NCBI GenBank assembly: GCA_964016885.1
Contig: OZ024742.1
Coordinates: 238,762,001-238,826,000 of the forward strand
Length of the DNA: 64,000 nt
Source of the DNA: Eledone cirrhosa
Taxonomy: Eukaryota
Direction of reading: 5' to 3'
Shown in pieces: positions 51,003-64,000 of this stretch. How positions within the stretch are numbered: the stretch's first letter is position 1; each line of letters starts with the position of its first letter. The notes under the pieces were generated by a model. It made no database searches. It worked only from the letters and a program-made list of their open reading frames with translations, and was not told the origin of the DNA. A program made the translations under genes and the position numbers.

Positions 51003-51662
51003 TCATCATCATCATCGTTTAACGTCCATCTTCCACGCTAGCATGGGTTAGACGGGAGTTGTCCCAATTTGAAGCAAGGTTGGTTGGGTGACCGTGTCTC
51101 GCTCATATAGGACTATCTGGCAGGTTTTCTACGGCTGGATGCCATTCCTAACATGAACCACGTTTACAGTGTGGACTGGGAACTTTTTACCGTGTTACCT
51201 ACATGGCCACATTACAGCGTAGACTGTGTTTTTTGTTGTGACACCTACACAATCTCAATCTTATCTTCTCATTTGGACTGGATGTTGTGGTACCAACTTT
51301 ACAGAGAGAGGGTGGTGTTGGTGGGAATGGGAGGATGGAGTAGAGGTAGTGGATTTGGGTGTATATTTGGTTAAGAGGTGCCTACTGACTGTAGGTTTTG
51401 CTTTGTACATAGGCAAGGCGGGTCTTCTGTATTACTGCGTGGTATCAAAGATCTCGGTCCAGTGACATTGTCTTAGAGAGAGGTGTAAGGTCGGAATTTA
51501 TCAAATCGTCCCAGGTTTTTCTGGGCCTACCTACTCCGTAACTTCCACAATTTTGATCACTCTGCACTTTTTTTATACAGCTGTCATCTTTCATGCGCAT
51601 CATGTGACCATACCAACGTAGTCTTCTCTCAAGTAAACAGCATCTGATCCCTCTTATTCCTA
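51003..51662 (-). mobile_element. 5'-truncated RTE LINE (PHD family)
   Basis: Reverse complement of the 8110-8741-type end; flanked by TA/TG microsatellites. Confidence 0.88.
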
Positions 51663-51700
51663 ATTATATATATATATATATATGTGTATATATATATATG

Positions 51701-54035
51701 TGGCCCTCACACACAGGCTGTTCATGGAACAAGCAGTACTCCTCACAACAAGAGGCGAGAATCTCCTGGATCTCTGCTTTACAAATAATGCAGTGCTCAT
51801 CCACAATGTAAAGTTGACACCAAAGATTTTCTCGGATCATAACTTAGTAGAATTAATGATATGTGGTCTTAGAGAGTCAACAGAGACAAAACCATTAAGA
51901 AGCACTGGGAACTTATCCAGCCTAAACTTTCACAAGGCTAACTGGAAAAAGATCAAGAAAGAGACTCAGAAGCAAAACTCGAACGACAACATCACCACAC
52001 ACGACACCAACACACATTTTCAACATTTCATGACAACATTACAAATTATATGCCATAAGTTTGTCCCGGAGAAAAAGGCCAATGGACAGAAGAATCTTTA
52101 CAGAGACAGGAAAATCCTTACGAGACGAAGAACTAAGCTCTTAAACCTGTTAAATGCACAACAGAAAAACAAGAAGGAACCCTATCTGAAACCGGCACTA
52201 CTTGAAATTGAAACTGCACTCAAACTTTCCCATGAGGGCAGAGAGAGAAGCCAGGGCCATAGAAAATATTAATACAAACCTTTAGGCCTTCTTTAAATTT
52301 GCAGAAGAAACTGCCATAAAAAAGGTCCATTAACCGAGGATTCCCAAAGGATGAGTGAAATACTGAATGAACAGTACAAAAGTGTGTTCACACCCCCATT
52401 GAGGCACATGCAAATAACAAAGCCAGAGGATTTCTTTGATGTCACAACACTCCACGAAGAAATGGCAACCATCAGCCACATTAACATAACGGAGGAACAT
52501 GCGATATCTGCCATAGACAAAATTAGAACAAACTCAGCTGCTGGACCTGATGGATTCTCAGCAGTCCTCGAAAAAACATGTAAGCGTGTCTTAGCAAGAC
52601 CACTGAAGACTCTTCAGAAATTCTTTGGCTAGCGGTAAACTACCCAGAAAGCTGAAAGAAAGCACAATATGCCCTATCCATAAAGGAGGTAGCAGAGCGG
52701 AGGCCAAAAACTGCAGGCCAGTCTCCCTGACATCACATATTAGTAAGATTATGGAACGAATCATCAGAAAGAAACTGATCACGTTCCTCGAGGAAAATGA
52801 CCACCTAACTAGCATGTAGCATGGCTTTTGCCCAGGAAGAAGCTGCCTTACACAGTTGTTACAACACTATGACTGGGTACTGAAACAACTGCTAGACTGC
52901 TCACATGTGGACATGATAAATCTTGACTTTGCGAAGGCCTTTGACAAGGTTGACCACAGAATGATATGTCACAAACTATGCAGACTGCATAACTTTATGG
53001 TGGCTCTCTCAGACATTCCCTCTGTAGTACATACAACATCCCTCACTAGCTATGCTGATAACACAAAGGTAACACAGGCAATTAAAAACCTGGCTGATGC
53101 TACCCCTTTACAACAAGATATGGATGCCATATACAAATGGGTTGAGGAAAGCAACATGCAGTTTAATGCTGGAAAATTTCAACCCCTACAATACCAACCT
53201 GCAAACACAAATACAATATAACACAGCTACACCAGACCAGGAGGGATCAAAATTACTGTGTCGAAATCGATACTAGACCAGGGAATAGACATGAGCGAAG
53301 ATGCATCTTTTCTTCACACATGAGGGTGGCGACAATGTGCAGACGACTCACTGGCTGGATCTTGAGGACTTTTTGGAAAAAAGGCTGAGGGAACATGTTG
53401 ATACTATGGAGGACATTTGTCCTAAGCCACCTGGACTATTGCTCCCAGCTGTGGTCACCCCATAGTATCAAACTAACCATGAAGCTTGAGGCAATCCAAC
53501 AAAGTTACACCAAGAGGATTGCCATGATGGAGGAGATAAGCTAATGGGAGAGGCTAAAAGAACTGAAACTCTACTCCTTGGAACGAAGACGGGAGAGATA
53601 CGCAGTGATATACATATAGAAAATCCTGGAGGGACTAGCACCAAACTTTGGCATTGAGAGCTGAACCAAGTCCCGAACAGGACGTCACTGTGTGGTGCCA
53701 AAGGTATCGTGTTCCACATCTAGAATAAGGAGCAGATATTGCAATAGCCTGGGGTCCAAAGGCCCTCAACTCTTCAACAAACTGCCAAGGAATTTGAGAG
53801 ATCTGCATGGTGTGGATGTGAATGTTTTCAAGAAACACCTCGACATCCTGCTATCCAGGATGAGCCCACAGCACAGTACGAAGGTAAGCTAAGGGTAGCA
53901 GCAACAAAATCTCTCTTACACCGATGGCCAGCCAACACAGGCTGGAGATAGAAAGTGTAGCAACAAGGGCTGTGCCTCAGCATGGCCTCAGCCGGATGGC
54001 TGGAGCAGGTAAAAGAGTAAAAGTGTAAAAGAAAA
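51701..54035 (+). mobile_element. Degenerate CR1-group LINE, 5'-truncated and internally deleted
   Basis: LDLCFTNN, SDHNLV, AAGPDGF, RPVSLTS, LDFAKAFDKVDH, YADN; tail gtaaaagagtaaaag; collinear with 61315-63836. Confidence 0.88.
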
Positions 54036-54505
54036 TATATATATATATACATATATATATATACATACACATACATACATACATATATATACACATACAT
54101 ACATAGAATACAAATCTTGAGAAGCTAGGCTTCACAGGAACAGAAAGAACACAACTAGTTAGGAAATTACAAGTACAATCCATTAATGGAAAGTAAAAAT
54201 ATGTAAAACATTCCAAAAATGTTGCATCTACAGATACAAAGCATACACACATGCACAAATACAACTCAAAACATCCACACATACAACATACAATAACATC
54301 CATATGTACACATGCATGCATACATAATCTACTTAGTTGATGTGTAAATTCCAATGAGAGAGTCTTGTGTCTATGTTAGAAACCGCCTCTCACTCTATTG
54401 GGAAAAAAATTGGGAAATTATAAAACCAGAAGAACATACATACATACATATATATACATATATATATACATACATACATATATATATACATACATATATA
54501 TATAC

Positions 54506-54536
<31 letters not shown>

Positions 54537-54790
54537 CATACATACATACATATACATCCATATACATATACATCCATACATATATACATACATATGTATG
54601 TATTTATATATATATATGTATATATCCATACGTACATATATATATATGTGCATGTATGTATATATATATACATACTACTGTACGTCTGTATACATATATG
54701 TATGTACATACTTATATTTAAGTATCAGCCATAGTAAGAGTGAGAAATGAAATTTCGTTTCATTTTTTCCGTTTACATATATATATATAC

Positions 54791-56158
54791 AGGTTGGGGT
54801 CCACCAGGGCTCTGTTCTTAGCCCTCTCCTGTTCATCATAGTCCTGCAGGCAATAACGGAGGAGTTTAAGACCGGATGCCCATGGGAACTCCTGTATGCT
54901 GATGACCTCGCACTCATAGCTGAATCTATGGTAGAACTAGAGAATAAATTCCAAACCTGGAAGCAGGGACTAGAGAGAAAGGGCCTCAAAGTCAACATGA
55001 CAAAGACTAAGGTCCTTATAAGTAGACGAGAAAACAGAACCCAGATCCCCTCAGGGAAATGGCCTTGCTCAGTATGTAGGAAAGGTGTAGGTAGGAACTC
55101 CATTCTTTGCCCCAAATGCAAACAATGGGTACACAAGAGATGTAGCGGGATCTCAGGAAGCTTAATTAAGAATGTAGGATTCACATGCAGCAGCTGTGCT
55201 GAAACAGCAAGCAAACAGCCACAGGAAACAAGTACCACCAATCTCTGGGAGGGCCCTGTAGAAACAGTAGACAGCTTCTGCTACCTAGGTGACCGAATTA
55301 GCAACGGAGGTGGGTGCTCAGAAAGTACAATAACTAGGGTAAGAACGGGATGGAAGAAGTTTAGGGAACTACTACCACTGCTAGCTGCAAAAGGCTTCTC
55401 CCTCAGAATGAAAGGCAGACTGTATGATGCGTGTATCCGAACAGCGATGTTGCATGGTAGTGAGACCTGGGCGCTGAAGGTGGAAGACTTACGTAGATTA
55501 GAGAGAAACGAAGCCTGCATGCTCCGATGGATGTGTAACAGTAATATACGTGAACGACAAAGCATAAATGAATTGAGAGAGAGACTGAGCATAAGAGGAA
55601 TCAAATGCTGCGTGCAGGAGAGGCGGTTACGCTGGTATGGACATGTGATGCGTATGAAGGATGACAGCTGCATAAAAAGGTGCAGAGCACTAGAAGTTGA
55701 TGGAAACCGCGGAGTGGGGAGACCCAAGATGACTTGGGATGAGGTGATAAAAGCCGACCTTACCCAACTACACCTCTCAAAGTCAATGACACACGACCGT
55801 GACTTCTGGCGTCACGCAGTAATACAGGGTACCCGACCTCCCATGGGTACATGCTGAAGCATATAAACAATATGCCCCCCCCCCCCCACCGCAAGGTGGT
55901 CGTGGAGGTGCCACGGCAAAAAAGCACCCAGCCCACACTGTAAAGTGGACGTGTAGGCGCCACGAAAAAGCACCCAGCACTCACTGTAAATGAGGTTGGT
56001 GTTAGGAAGGGCATCCAGCTGTAGAAATCAAGCCAGATCAGTTCCTGTATGAGCAAGGCATGGTCAGCCGACCAGACACTGCCCACAACAGGACAACCCG
56101 TCTAACCCATGCTAGCGTGGAAGAACGGACGTAAAACGGTGATGATGATGATGATGAT
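54791..56158 (+). mobile_element. 5'-truncated RTE LINE, sister subfamily of the PHD family
   Basis: Open frame [18 protein letters not shown]..to stop 55857; 3' UTR with (GAT)n. Confidence 0.92.
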
Positions 56159-56161
56159 ATA

Positions 56162-56767
56162 CATGGTGGCTGCCAACTCGTTTTCGAGTACGGCCACTAC
56201 TTTATATCCATGTAGGAGAACCCCCACTGATGCGCCGAACGAGTGTGACTTTTTAGTCCAGCCAGCGACTTGAAAGCTCTGGTACAAACACTACACTTGT
56301 GACAATTATTGACACATAGTGCTGGGCCCATGGCACCATGCGACGACAAACGCAGAGAGATCTCCAGATATAAAGCAATGCCTGTGCCGTGAAGCTTTTA
56401 TAGTGAGCAAAGGCACTGCACAAAGCCAGTCCCACTCTCTTAACCAAGATGATATTTACCAAAAAGAAGAACAAGTCAACATCATTGGATACCATCAGGG
56501 TTGCAGGTGTTATATCAGAGTTTTCCTTCTCCTAGAATTCTGCCTTGACAAAGGCTAAGGGGTCATCTCTCCCGGTGATTTTGGATGGCCATTGACTCTT
56601 AAGAGCTCCTTTGCCTTTTGACAGGTTTTGTTTTTAGTCCTGCAGGATGTCCAAAGTCACCCTCCAAGAAACCTTGGTGGGGTTGCCAGTTTAGTCGCCA
56701 ACGACCCGACCATGGGACAGGTTGTACTGGAATACATGTTACCAGTAGCACCAACTGGTGACCTGAC
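56162..56767 (-). mobile_element. Non-autonomous bipartite RTE derivative, copy 1
   Basis: RTE 5'UTR motifs (aggagaaggaaaactctgatataa), residual last C2H2 finger ([22 protein letters not shown]), RTE 3' hairpin. Confidence 0.8.
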
Positions 56768-57027
56768 ATATATATACATACATACATACATATATATACA
56801 TATACATATACATACATACATACATACATATACATATACATACATACATACATATATACATATATATACATACATACATACATACATATACACACATACA
56901 TACATACATACATATATACACATACATACATACATATATATATACACATACATACATACATATATACACATATATACATACATACATACATACATACATA
57001 TACATACATACATACATACATACATAC

Positions 57028-57058
<31 letters not shown>

Positions 57059-57070
57059 CATACATACATA

Positions 57071-57681
57071 CATGGTGGCTGCCAACTCGTTTTCGAGTAC
57101 GGCCACTACTTTATATCCATATAGGAGAACCCCTACCGATGCGCTGAACGAGTGTGACTTTTTAGTCCAACCAGCAACTTGAAAACTCTGGTACAAACAC
57201 TACACTTGTGACAAATATTGACACATAGTGCTGGGCCCATGGTACCCTGTGACGACAAGTGCAGAGAGATCTCCAGATATAAAGCAATGCCTGTGCCGTG
57301 AAGCTTTTATAGTGAGCAAAGGCACTGCACAAAGCCAGTCCCACTCTCTTAACCAAGATGATATTTACCAAAAAGAAGAACAAGTCAACATCATTGGATA
57401 CCATCAGAGTTGCAGGTGTTATATCAGAGTTTTCCTTCTCCTAGAATTCTGCCTTGACAAAGGCTAAAGGGTCATCTCTCCCGGTGATTTTGGATGGCCA
57501 TTGACTCTTAAGAGCTCCTTTGCCCTTTGACAGGTCTTGTTTTTAGTCCTGCAGGATGTCCAAAGTCACCCTCCTCACCAAGAAACCTTGGTGGGGTTGC
57601 CAGTTTAGTCGCCAACGACCCGACCATGGGTCAGGTTGTACTGGGATACATGTTACCAGTAGCACCAACTGGTGACCTGAC
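57071..57681 (-). mobile_element. Non-autonomous bipartite RTE derivative, copy 2
   Basis: Direct repeat of 56162-56767 with scattered substitutions and identical ends. Confidence 0.8.
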
Positions 57682-57753
57682 ATATATATACATACATACA
57701 TACATACATACATACATACATACATACATACATACATACATACATACATACAT

Positions 57754-58905
57754 AGGTAGAAACTCCATTTTATGTCCCAAATACAAAGTATGGGTACATA
57801 AAAGATGTAGTGGGATCACAGGTAAACTATCTAAGAATATAGATTTTATATGTGGCCGGTGCTTTGGTGCAATAAGTAGCAGCAAGTGCCCACAGAATAC
57901 TAGCTTTTGCACAGCCATTGCACAGATGATTCTATAGAAATAGTGGACAGCTTCCGTTACCTGGGTGATAAAATCAGCAGTGGGGGAGGGTGCTCTGAAA
58001 GTACAGTAGCTAGAGTCAGAACGGGATGGAAAAAGTTCAGAGAGCTTATACCACTATTGGCCGCTAAAGGGTTCTCTCTAAAAATGAAAGGCAGGCTGTA
58101 TGATGCCTGCATACGAACAGCAATGTTACATGGCAGTGAGAACTGGGCATTGTGTGCAGAGGATATACGCAGACTGGAGAAAAACGAAGCTTGCATGCTT
58201 CGCTGGATGTGTAATAGTAATATACGTAAACGGCAAAGCATAAACGTACTAAGGGAAAAATTAGAAATAAGAGGGATCAGATGTTGTTTACTCGAGAGAA
58301 GACTACGTTGGTATAGTCACAAGATGCGCATGAAAGATGACAGCTGTATAAAAAAGTGCAAGGCAATAAAAATAGATGGTAGCCACGGAGTAGGCAGACC
58401 CAGAAAAACCTGGGACGACTTGATAAATTCTGACCTGACACACTTACACCTCTCCAAGACAATGTCACTGGACCGAGAGCTTTGGCGCTACACAGTAATA
58501 CAGAAGACCCGCCTTACCTAAGTACAAAGTGAAACCTACTACAGTCAGTAGGCACCTCTAACAAAATACACCCCCGTCCCACTACCCCCACCCCATCCAC
58601 AACACCCTTTTCAATGTAAAGTTATGTTGGTATCATAACATCCAGGCCGAAACAAATGAGGTCATGTAGGTGTCACGACAAAAAAAAACACACAGTCCAC
58701 GCTGTAATGTGGCTGTGTAGGTAACATGGTAAAAACCTCCCTGTTCCACACTGTAAATGTGGTTGGTGTTAGGAAGGGCATCCAGCCGTAGAAAACCCGC
58801 CAGACAGTCCTATGCGAGCAAGACAACCACTCTTGCCTCAAGTGGGAAAACTCCCGTCCAAACCCATGCAAGCGTGGAATATGGACGTTAAACGATGATG
58901 ATGAT
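57754..58905 (+). mobile_element. 5'-truncated RTE LINE (PHD family)
   Basis: [19 protein letters not shown]..stop 58521, 3' UTR, (GAT)n. Confidence 0.92.
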
Positions 58906-58920
58906 ATATATACATATATG

Positions 58921-58952
<32 letters not shown>

Positions 58953-58973
58953 TATATATATATGTATGTATAT

Positions 58974-59014
<41 letters not shown>

Positions 59015-59130
59015 TATATGTATGTATATATATGTATATATATATATATGTATGTATATATATATATATATATATGTGTATGTATATATATATATATATA
59101 TGTATGTATATATATATATATATATATGTG

Positions 59131-59193
<63 letters not shown>

Positions 59194-59226
59194 ATGTATA
59201 TATATATATATATATATATGTGTATG

Positions 59227-59359
<133 letters not shown>

Positions 59360-59376
59360 ATATATATATATATATG

Positions 59377-59407
<31 letters not shown>

Positions 59408-60142
59408 GATATATAGGCTTGGTAACTTGTTGGAATAAGACGTGGTTTCTCGTATGTCCAGATTTGAAATTTTTATATTTTAAATCGACAGTAAATCGGA
59501 TTTATGTATGGCTTTAATTTTTCAGAGGACAAAGAAAACATACAAAAAAGATAAGTTTTTGTGCTTTGACGCAATTATTTTGAAGTATATTTTACATATA
59601 TTAGCATTTTAAACATGTTTATTTTCACTGTGTGATACCTTCATAGGAGACAACACACACACGTGCTTTCTATTTTTCTTCACTACCATACAGAGCATAC
59701 GTAATCTAATTTTAATTTAACTTAAACAGATCTTGTATTATTTTGATTTTTCTGAGTAACATAATTTAATTTAATATAATCTTATTTGTTTTTGACTCGG
59801 TGAGCATGTGTGTTTGTTGTTTCTTGTTTGATATGTTGATATTAAAATAACTTCGTATATTTGTAAACAAACATTTACATTCAACTTATATACAACTTAC
59901 ATCGTGTTTCTATATCTTTATGATTCCGGTTTCTTCCATTCATTAATTTAATTTAAAATTTATTTTTTAGATTTATGAACTGCTATTGCTCACGCTGTCT
60001 CTATCTCTCTCCTTCCTTCCTCTCTCTCTCTCTCTAGATCAACGAGCTCTCTCTCTCCCTCTCTCTAGATCAACAAGCTCTCTCTCTCCCTCTCCCTCTC
60101 TCACTCTCTAGATCAACAAGCTCTCTCTCTCTCTCCTCTCTC

Positions 60143-60342
60143 NNNNNNNNNNNNNNNNNNNNNNNNNNNNNNNNNNNNNNNNNNNNNNNNNNNNNNNNNN
60201 NNNNNNNNNNNNNNNNNNNNNNNNNNNNNNNNNNNNNNNNNNNNNNNNNNNNNNNNNNNNNNNNNNNNNNNNNNNNNNNNNNNNNNNNNNNNNNNNNNNN
60301 NNNNNNNNNNNNNNNNNNNNNNNNNNNNNNNNNNNNNNNNNN
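60143..60342. other. Assembly gap (200 N)
   Basis: Run of N. Confidence 1.
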
Positions 60343-63300
60343 AAAGCACCGAGACACTGGGAGCAAAAAAAACGCAAGTAATGTGCAAGTTTTTCAAGAA
60401 CGGGGACATGCTGGCATGGAGAGACAGGGATGGGATGCAGATTCGCCCACCCTAGGTCTCAAACGAACTATGCTCATCATACTCGCGCAACATGCCCCAG
60501 CCAAAGCCGAAATAAGCCGCTCCAGAAGTATGCTGATGTCGCGCGTGCCGCACCAACAAGGAGAAGGCACGCACATGCCGACGAGATACAGATGGCAGCA
60601 GCAGAGCAGAACATTTTTTAGTGATGGCAGAGAAGATTGTGGGACAGCTGACCTGGCTGCATCGTCTCCAGAGCCAAGGTCACCCACACCAGCACTCGAG
60701 ACCACCACATTTTAGGGACCCAGAGTTGCCGCCGCTGACACCAGACCAGGTGTCATATCGACAGCCATTACTGGCACCCCCAAAAGTCACACCAGTGCTG
60801 CTGCTGAATGTCAGAGGCCTGGTGAAACTCAGTAACATGAGTAAAATTTCCTACCTGGGAGACATAGCCATAAGCAATCAAGCACTATGCATGGCACTAA
60901 CCGAAACGCACCTGACAAGCAGTATAGCAGATGCAGAAATACATATATCGAAATATACTGTATTTCGTTCGGACAGGAAGGAGAGAACTCATGGTGGGGT
61001 TGGTCTGTATATCCGTGAAGATGTCACACCAATTGTACTGTTGACACATTCAAACTCAGTCTGTGACACACTGATAATACATATGAAGCAACTACAGACA
61101 GTAATATGTGTCACATATCGGCCGCCCGATGCCCCCAGTCATGAGGGTAAATTTGAGGATAGCCTAAGTAGGATAGAAGAGGTCCTTGACAAACTCGACC
61201 AGGGTTTCAACATCTTACTGCTGGGAGACTTCAACCTACCAAAGGTCAAATGGCCTGAGGGCCACCTCCTCCCTGGAATGACGTCAATAGAACAGAGACA
61301 GACGGAATCCCTGCTGGCCCTCACACACAGGCTGTTCATGGAGCAAGCAATACTCCTCCCAACAAGAGGCGAAAATGTCCTGGACCTCTGTTTTACAAAC
61401 AACGAAGTGCTCATCCACAATGTAAAGGTGACACCAACAATTCTCTCGGATCATAACTTAGTAGAGCTAATGATATGTGGTCCAAGAGAACCAACAGAGA
61501 CAAAACCACCAAGAAGCTCCGGGACGCTATCCAGCCTTAACTTCTACAAGGCTAACTGGAAAACAAGATTAAGAGTGAAATCCGGAAGCAAACATGGAGT
61601 GAAAACACCGCCACACAAGACACTAACACACAATTTCAACACTTCATGACAACGATACACACTATATGCAAAAAGTTTGTCCGGAGAAAGAGGCAAACAG
61701 ACACAAAAATCTTATTCCCAGAGATAGGAAAATCCTTATGAGACGTAGAACTAAACTCTCAAACCAGTTGAATAGTCCAACAAAACAAAAACAAGAAGGA
61801 ATCCTATTTGAAACGTGCACTACTTGACACCGAGATTGCACTCAAACTTTCACATGAGAATGAGAGGGCAGGGAAAGAGAACAGGGCCATAGAAAACATT
61901 AAAACAAACCCTAAGGCCTTCTTTAAATTTGCAAAAGAAACTGCCTCAGTACACTGCAAGATTGGGCCACTCTTCCACACGGACGGTTCATTAACCGAAA
62001 ACCCCCAAGAGATATGTGAAATACTGAACGAACAGTACAAAAGTGTGTTCACATGTCCACTGAGGCACATGCAAATAACGAAGCCAGAGGAGTTCTTTGA
62101 TGCCACAACACTACATCAAGAAATGGCAACCATCAACCACATAGACATAACGGAGGAGGATGTGGTGTACGCCATTGATGAAATTAGAACAGACTCGGCT
62201 GCTGGACCTGATGGATTCCCAGCAGTTCTCTTAAAAATATGTAAGCGGGCCTTAGCAACTCCACTGAAGATGCTCTTCAGAAGCTCCTTGGCTAGCGGTG
62301 TACTACCCAGGGAGCTGAAAGAAGGCACAATATGCCCTATCCATAAAGGAGGTAGTAGAGCGGAGGCCAAGAACTATAGACCAGTCTCCCTGACGTCACA
62401 TATCAGTAAGGTCATGGAGCGAATCGTCAGAAAGAAACTAATCACTTTCCTTGAAGAAAATGACCGCCTGACTAGCACGCAACATGGCTTCCGCCCAGGA
62501 AGCTGCCTTACACAGCTGCTACATCACTACGACTGGGTACTGAGACAACTACTAGACAGCTCACATGTGGACGTGATATATCTTAACTTTGCGAAGGCCT
62601 TTGACAAGGTCGACCACGGAATGATATGTCACAAACTACACGGACTCGGCATAACTGGAAAAGTAGGTGAGTGGCTGCATGGCTTCCTAAGGGACAGAAG
62701 CCAGGCAGTCGCAGCAAATGGGGCCCTCTCGAGGGAAAAACCGATAACAAGTGGGGTGCCCCAGGGGACAGTCCTGGGACCACTACTGTTTTTGGTGGCT
62801 CTCTCGGACATGCCCTCTGTGGTGCATGCAACAACATCCCTCACTAGCTATGCTGATGACACTAAGGTAGCACAGGCAATCAAAAACCCGGCTGACGCTG
62901 CCCTTTTACAGCAGGATCTGGATGCCATATACAGATGGGCGGAAGAAAACAACATGCGGTTTAATGCTGGCAAATTCCAAGCCCTACAATACAGACCTGC
63001 AAACACAAATATAGTGGAACACAGCTACACAGGACAGGAGGAACCGATATCCCCGTGTCAAAATCGATACGAGACCTGGGCATAGACATGAGCGATGATG
63101 CATCTTTTTCTTCACACATCATGAAAGTGGCGACAATGTGCAGACGACTCGCTGGCTGGATCTTGAGGACTTTCCAGACAAGAGATCGAGACACCATGTT
63201 GACACTGTGGAGGACTTTTGTCCTAAGCCGCCTGGACTACTGCTCCCAGTTGTGGTCACCCCATAGTATCAAACTAACCACGGAGCTTGAGGCAATCCAG

Positions 63301-63836
63301 CGAAGCTACACCAAGAGGATAGCCAAGATGAGGGAGACAAGCTACTGGGAGAGGCTAAAGGAACTGAACCTCTACTCCTTGGAGCGAAGACGGGAGAGAT
63401 ACGCAGTGATCTACATGTGTAAAATCCGGGAGGGGACTAGCACCAAACTTTGGCATTGGGAGCTGGACCAACCGTCGAACAGGACGTCACTGTGTGGTGG
63501 CAAAGGTCCCGTCTTCCACATCTAGAATAAGGAGCAGGTATTGCAATAGCCTGGGATTCAAGGGCCCTCAACTCTTCAACAGGCTGCCGAGGCATCTGAG
63601 AGACTTGCATGATGTGGAGGTGGGTGTCTTTAAGAAAACATCTCGACACCTTGTTATCCAGGATCCCGGATGAGCCCACAGCAAGACACGAGGGAAACCT
63701 AAGGGCAGCAGCAACAAACTCCCTCTTACACCAGTGGCCATCCTATACAGGCTGGAGATAAAATGTGTAGCAACAAGGGCGGTGCCCCAGCATGGCCTCA
63801 GCCAGATGGCTGAAAACAGGTAAAAGAGTAAAAGAA
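60343..63836 (+). mobile_element. CR1-group LINE, near full-length, frameshifted (ORF1 zinc-finger remnant, EN, RT)
   Basis: LLNVRGL, ALTETHL, YRPP, LLGDFN, SDHN; AAGPDG, QHGFR, GVPQGTVLGP, YADD; tail gtaaaagagtaaaaga; 5' end lost in the gap. Confidence 0.92.
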
Positions 63837-64000
63837 TATACATACATATATATATACATATACATACATATATATACATATACATACATATATATATATA
63901 CATATACATACATATATATATATATACATATACATACATATATATATAATATACATATACATACATATATATATATATACATATACATACATATACATAC

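Noticed and set aside
59895-59945. Possible first MTP exon (MNGRNRNHKDIETR, phase-1 gtaagt donor)
   Set aside because: No hydrophobic signal peptide. Candidates near 48540-48580 and 54710-54760 also fail on phase or start codon.
60000-60142. (CT)n with three ctctagatcaac-agctctc units
   Set aside because: Low-complexity repeat abutting an assembly gap; not interpretable.

Overview
AT-rich, microsatellite-laden animal genomic DNA. The SINE/LINE repertoire suggests a cephalopod such as Octopus (inference). The one host gene is a minus-strand microsomal triglyceride transfer protein large subunit (MTTP/MTP). I could splice 16 consecutive GT-AG coding exons in frame from ~47870 down to 629; the signal-peptide exon and last exon were not found. 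The rest is retroelement-dominated: three RTE LINE families (PHD finger inside the RT, C-terminal C2H2 fingers, Expander-like), two CR1-group LINEs, tRNA-derived SINEs, Penelope, CRE and mariner remnants, TTAA MITEs, a 48-bp minisatellite and a 200-N gap. Best leads: (1) a tandem pair of ~610-bp non-autonomous RTE derivatives whose 5' end begins at an HDV-ribozyme-like fold; (2) TSD-flanked 5'-inverted (twin-priming-type) RTE insertions; (3) a PHD finger inside an RT domain; (4) repeated insertion of young retroelements into (TA)n/(TACA)n tracts.
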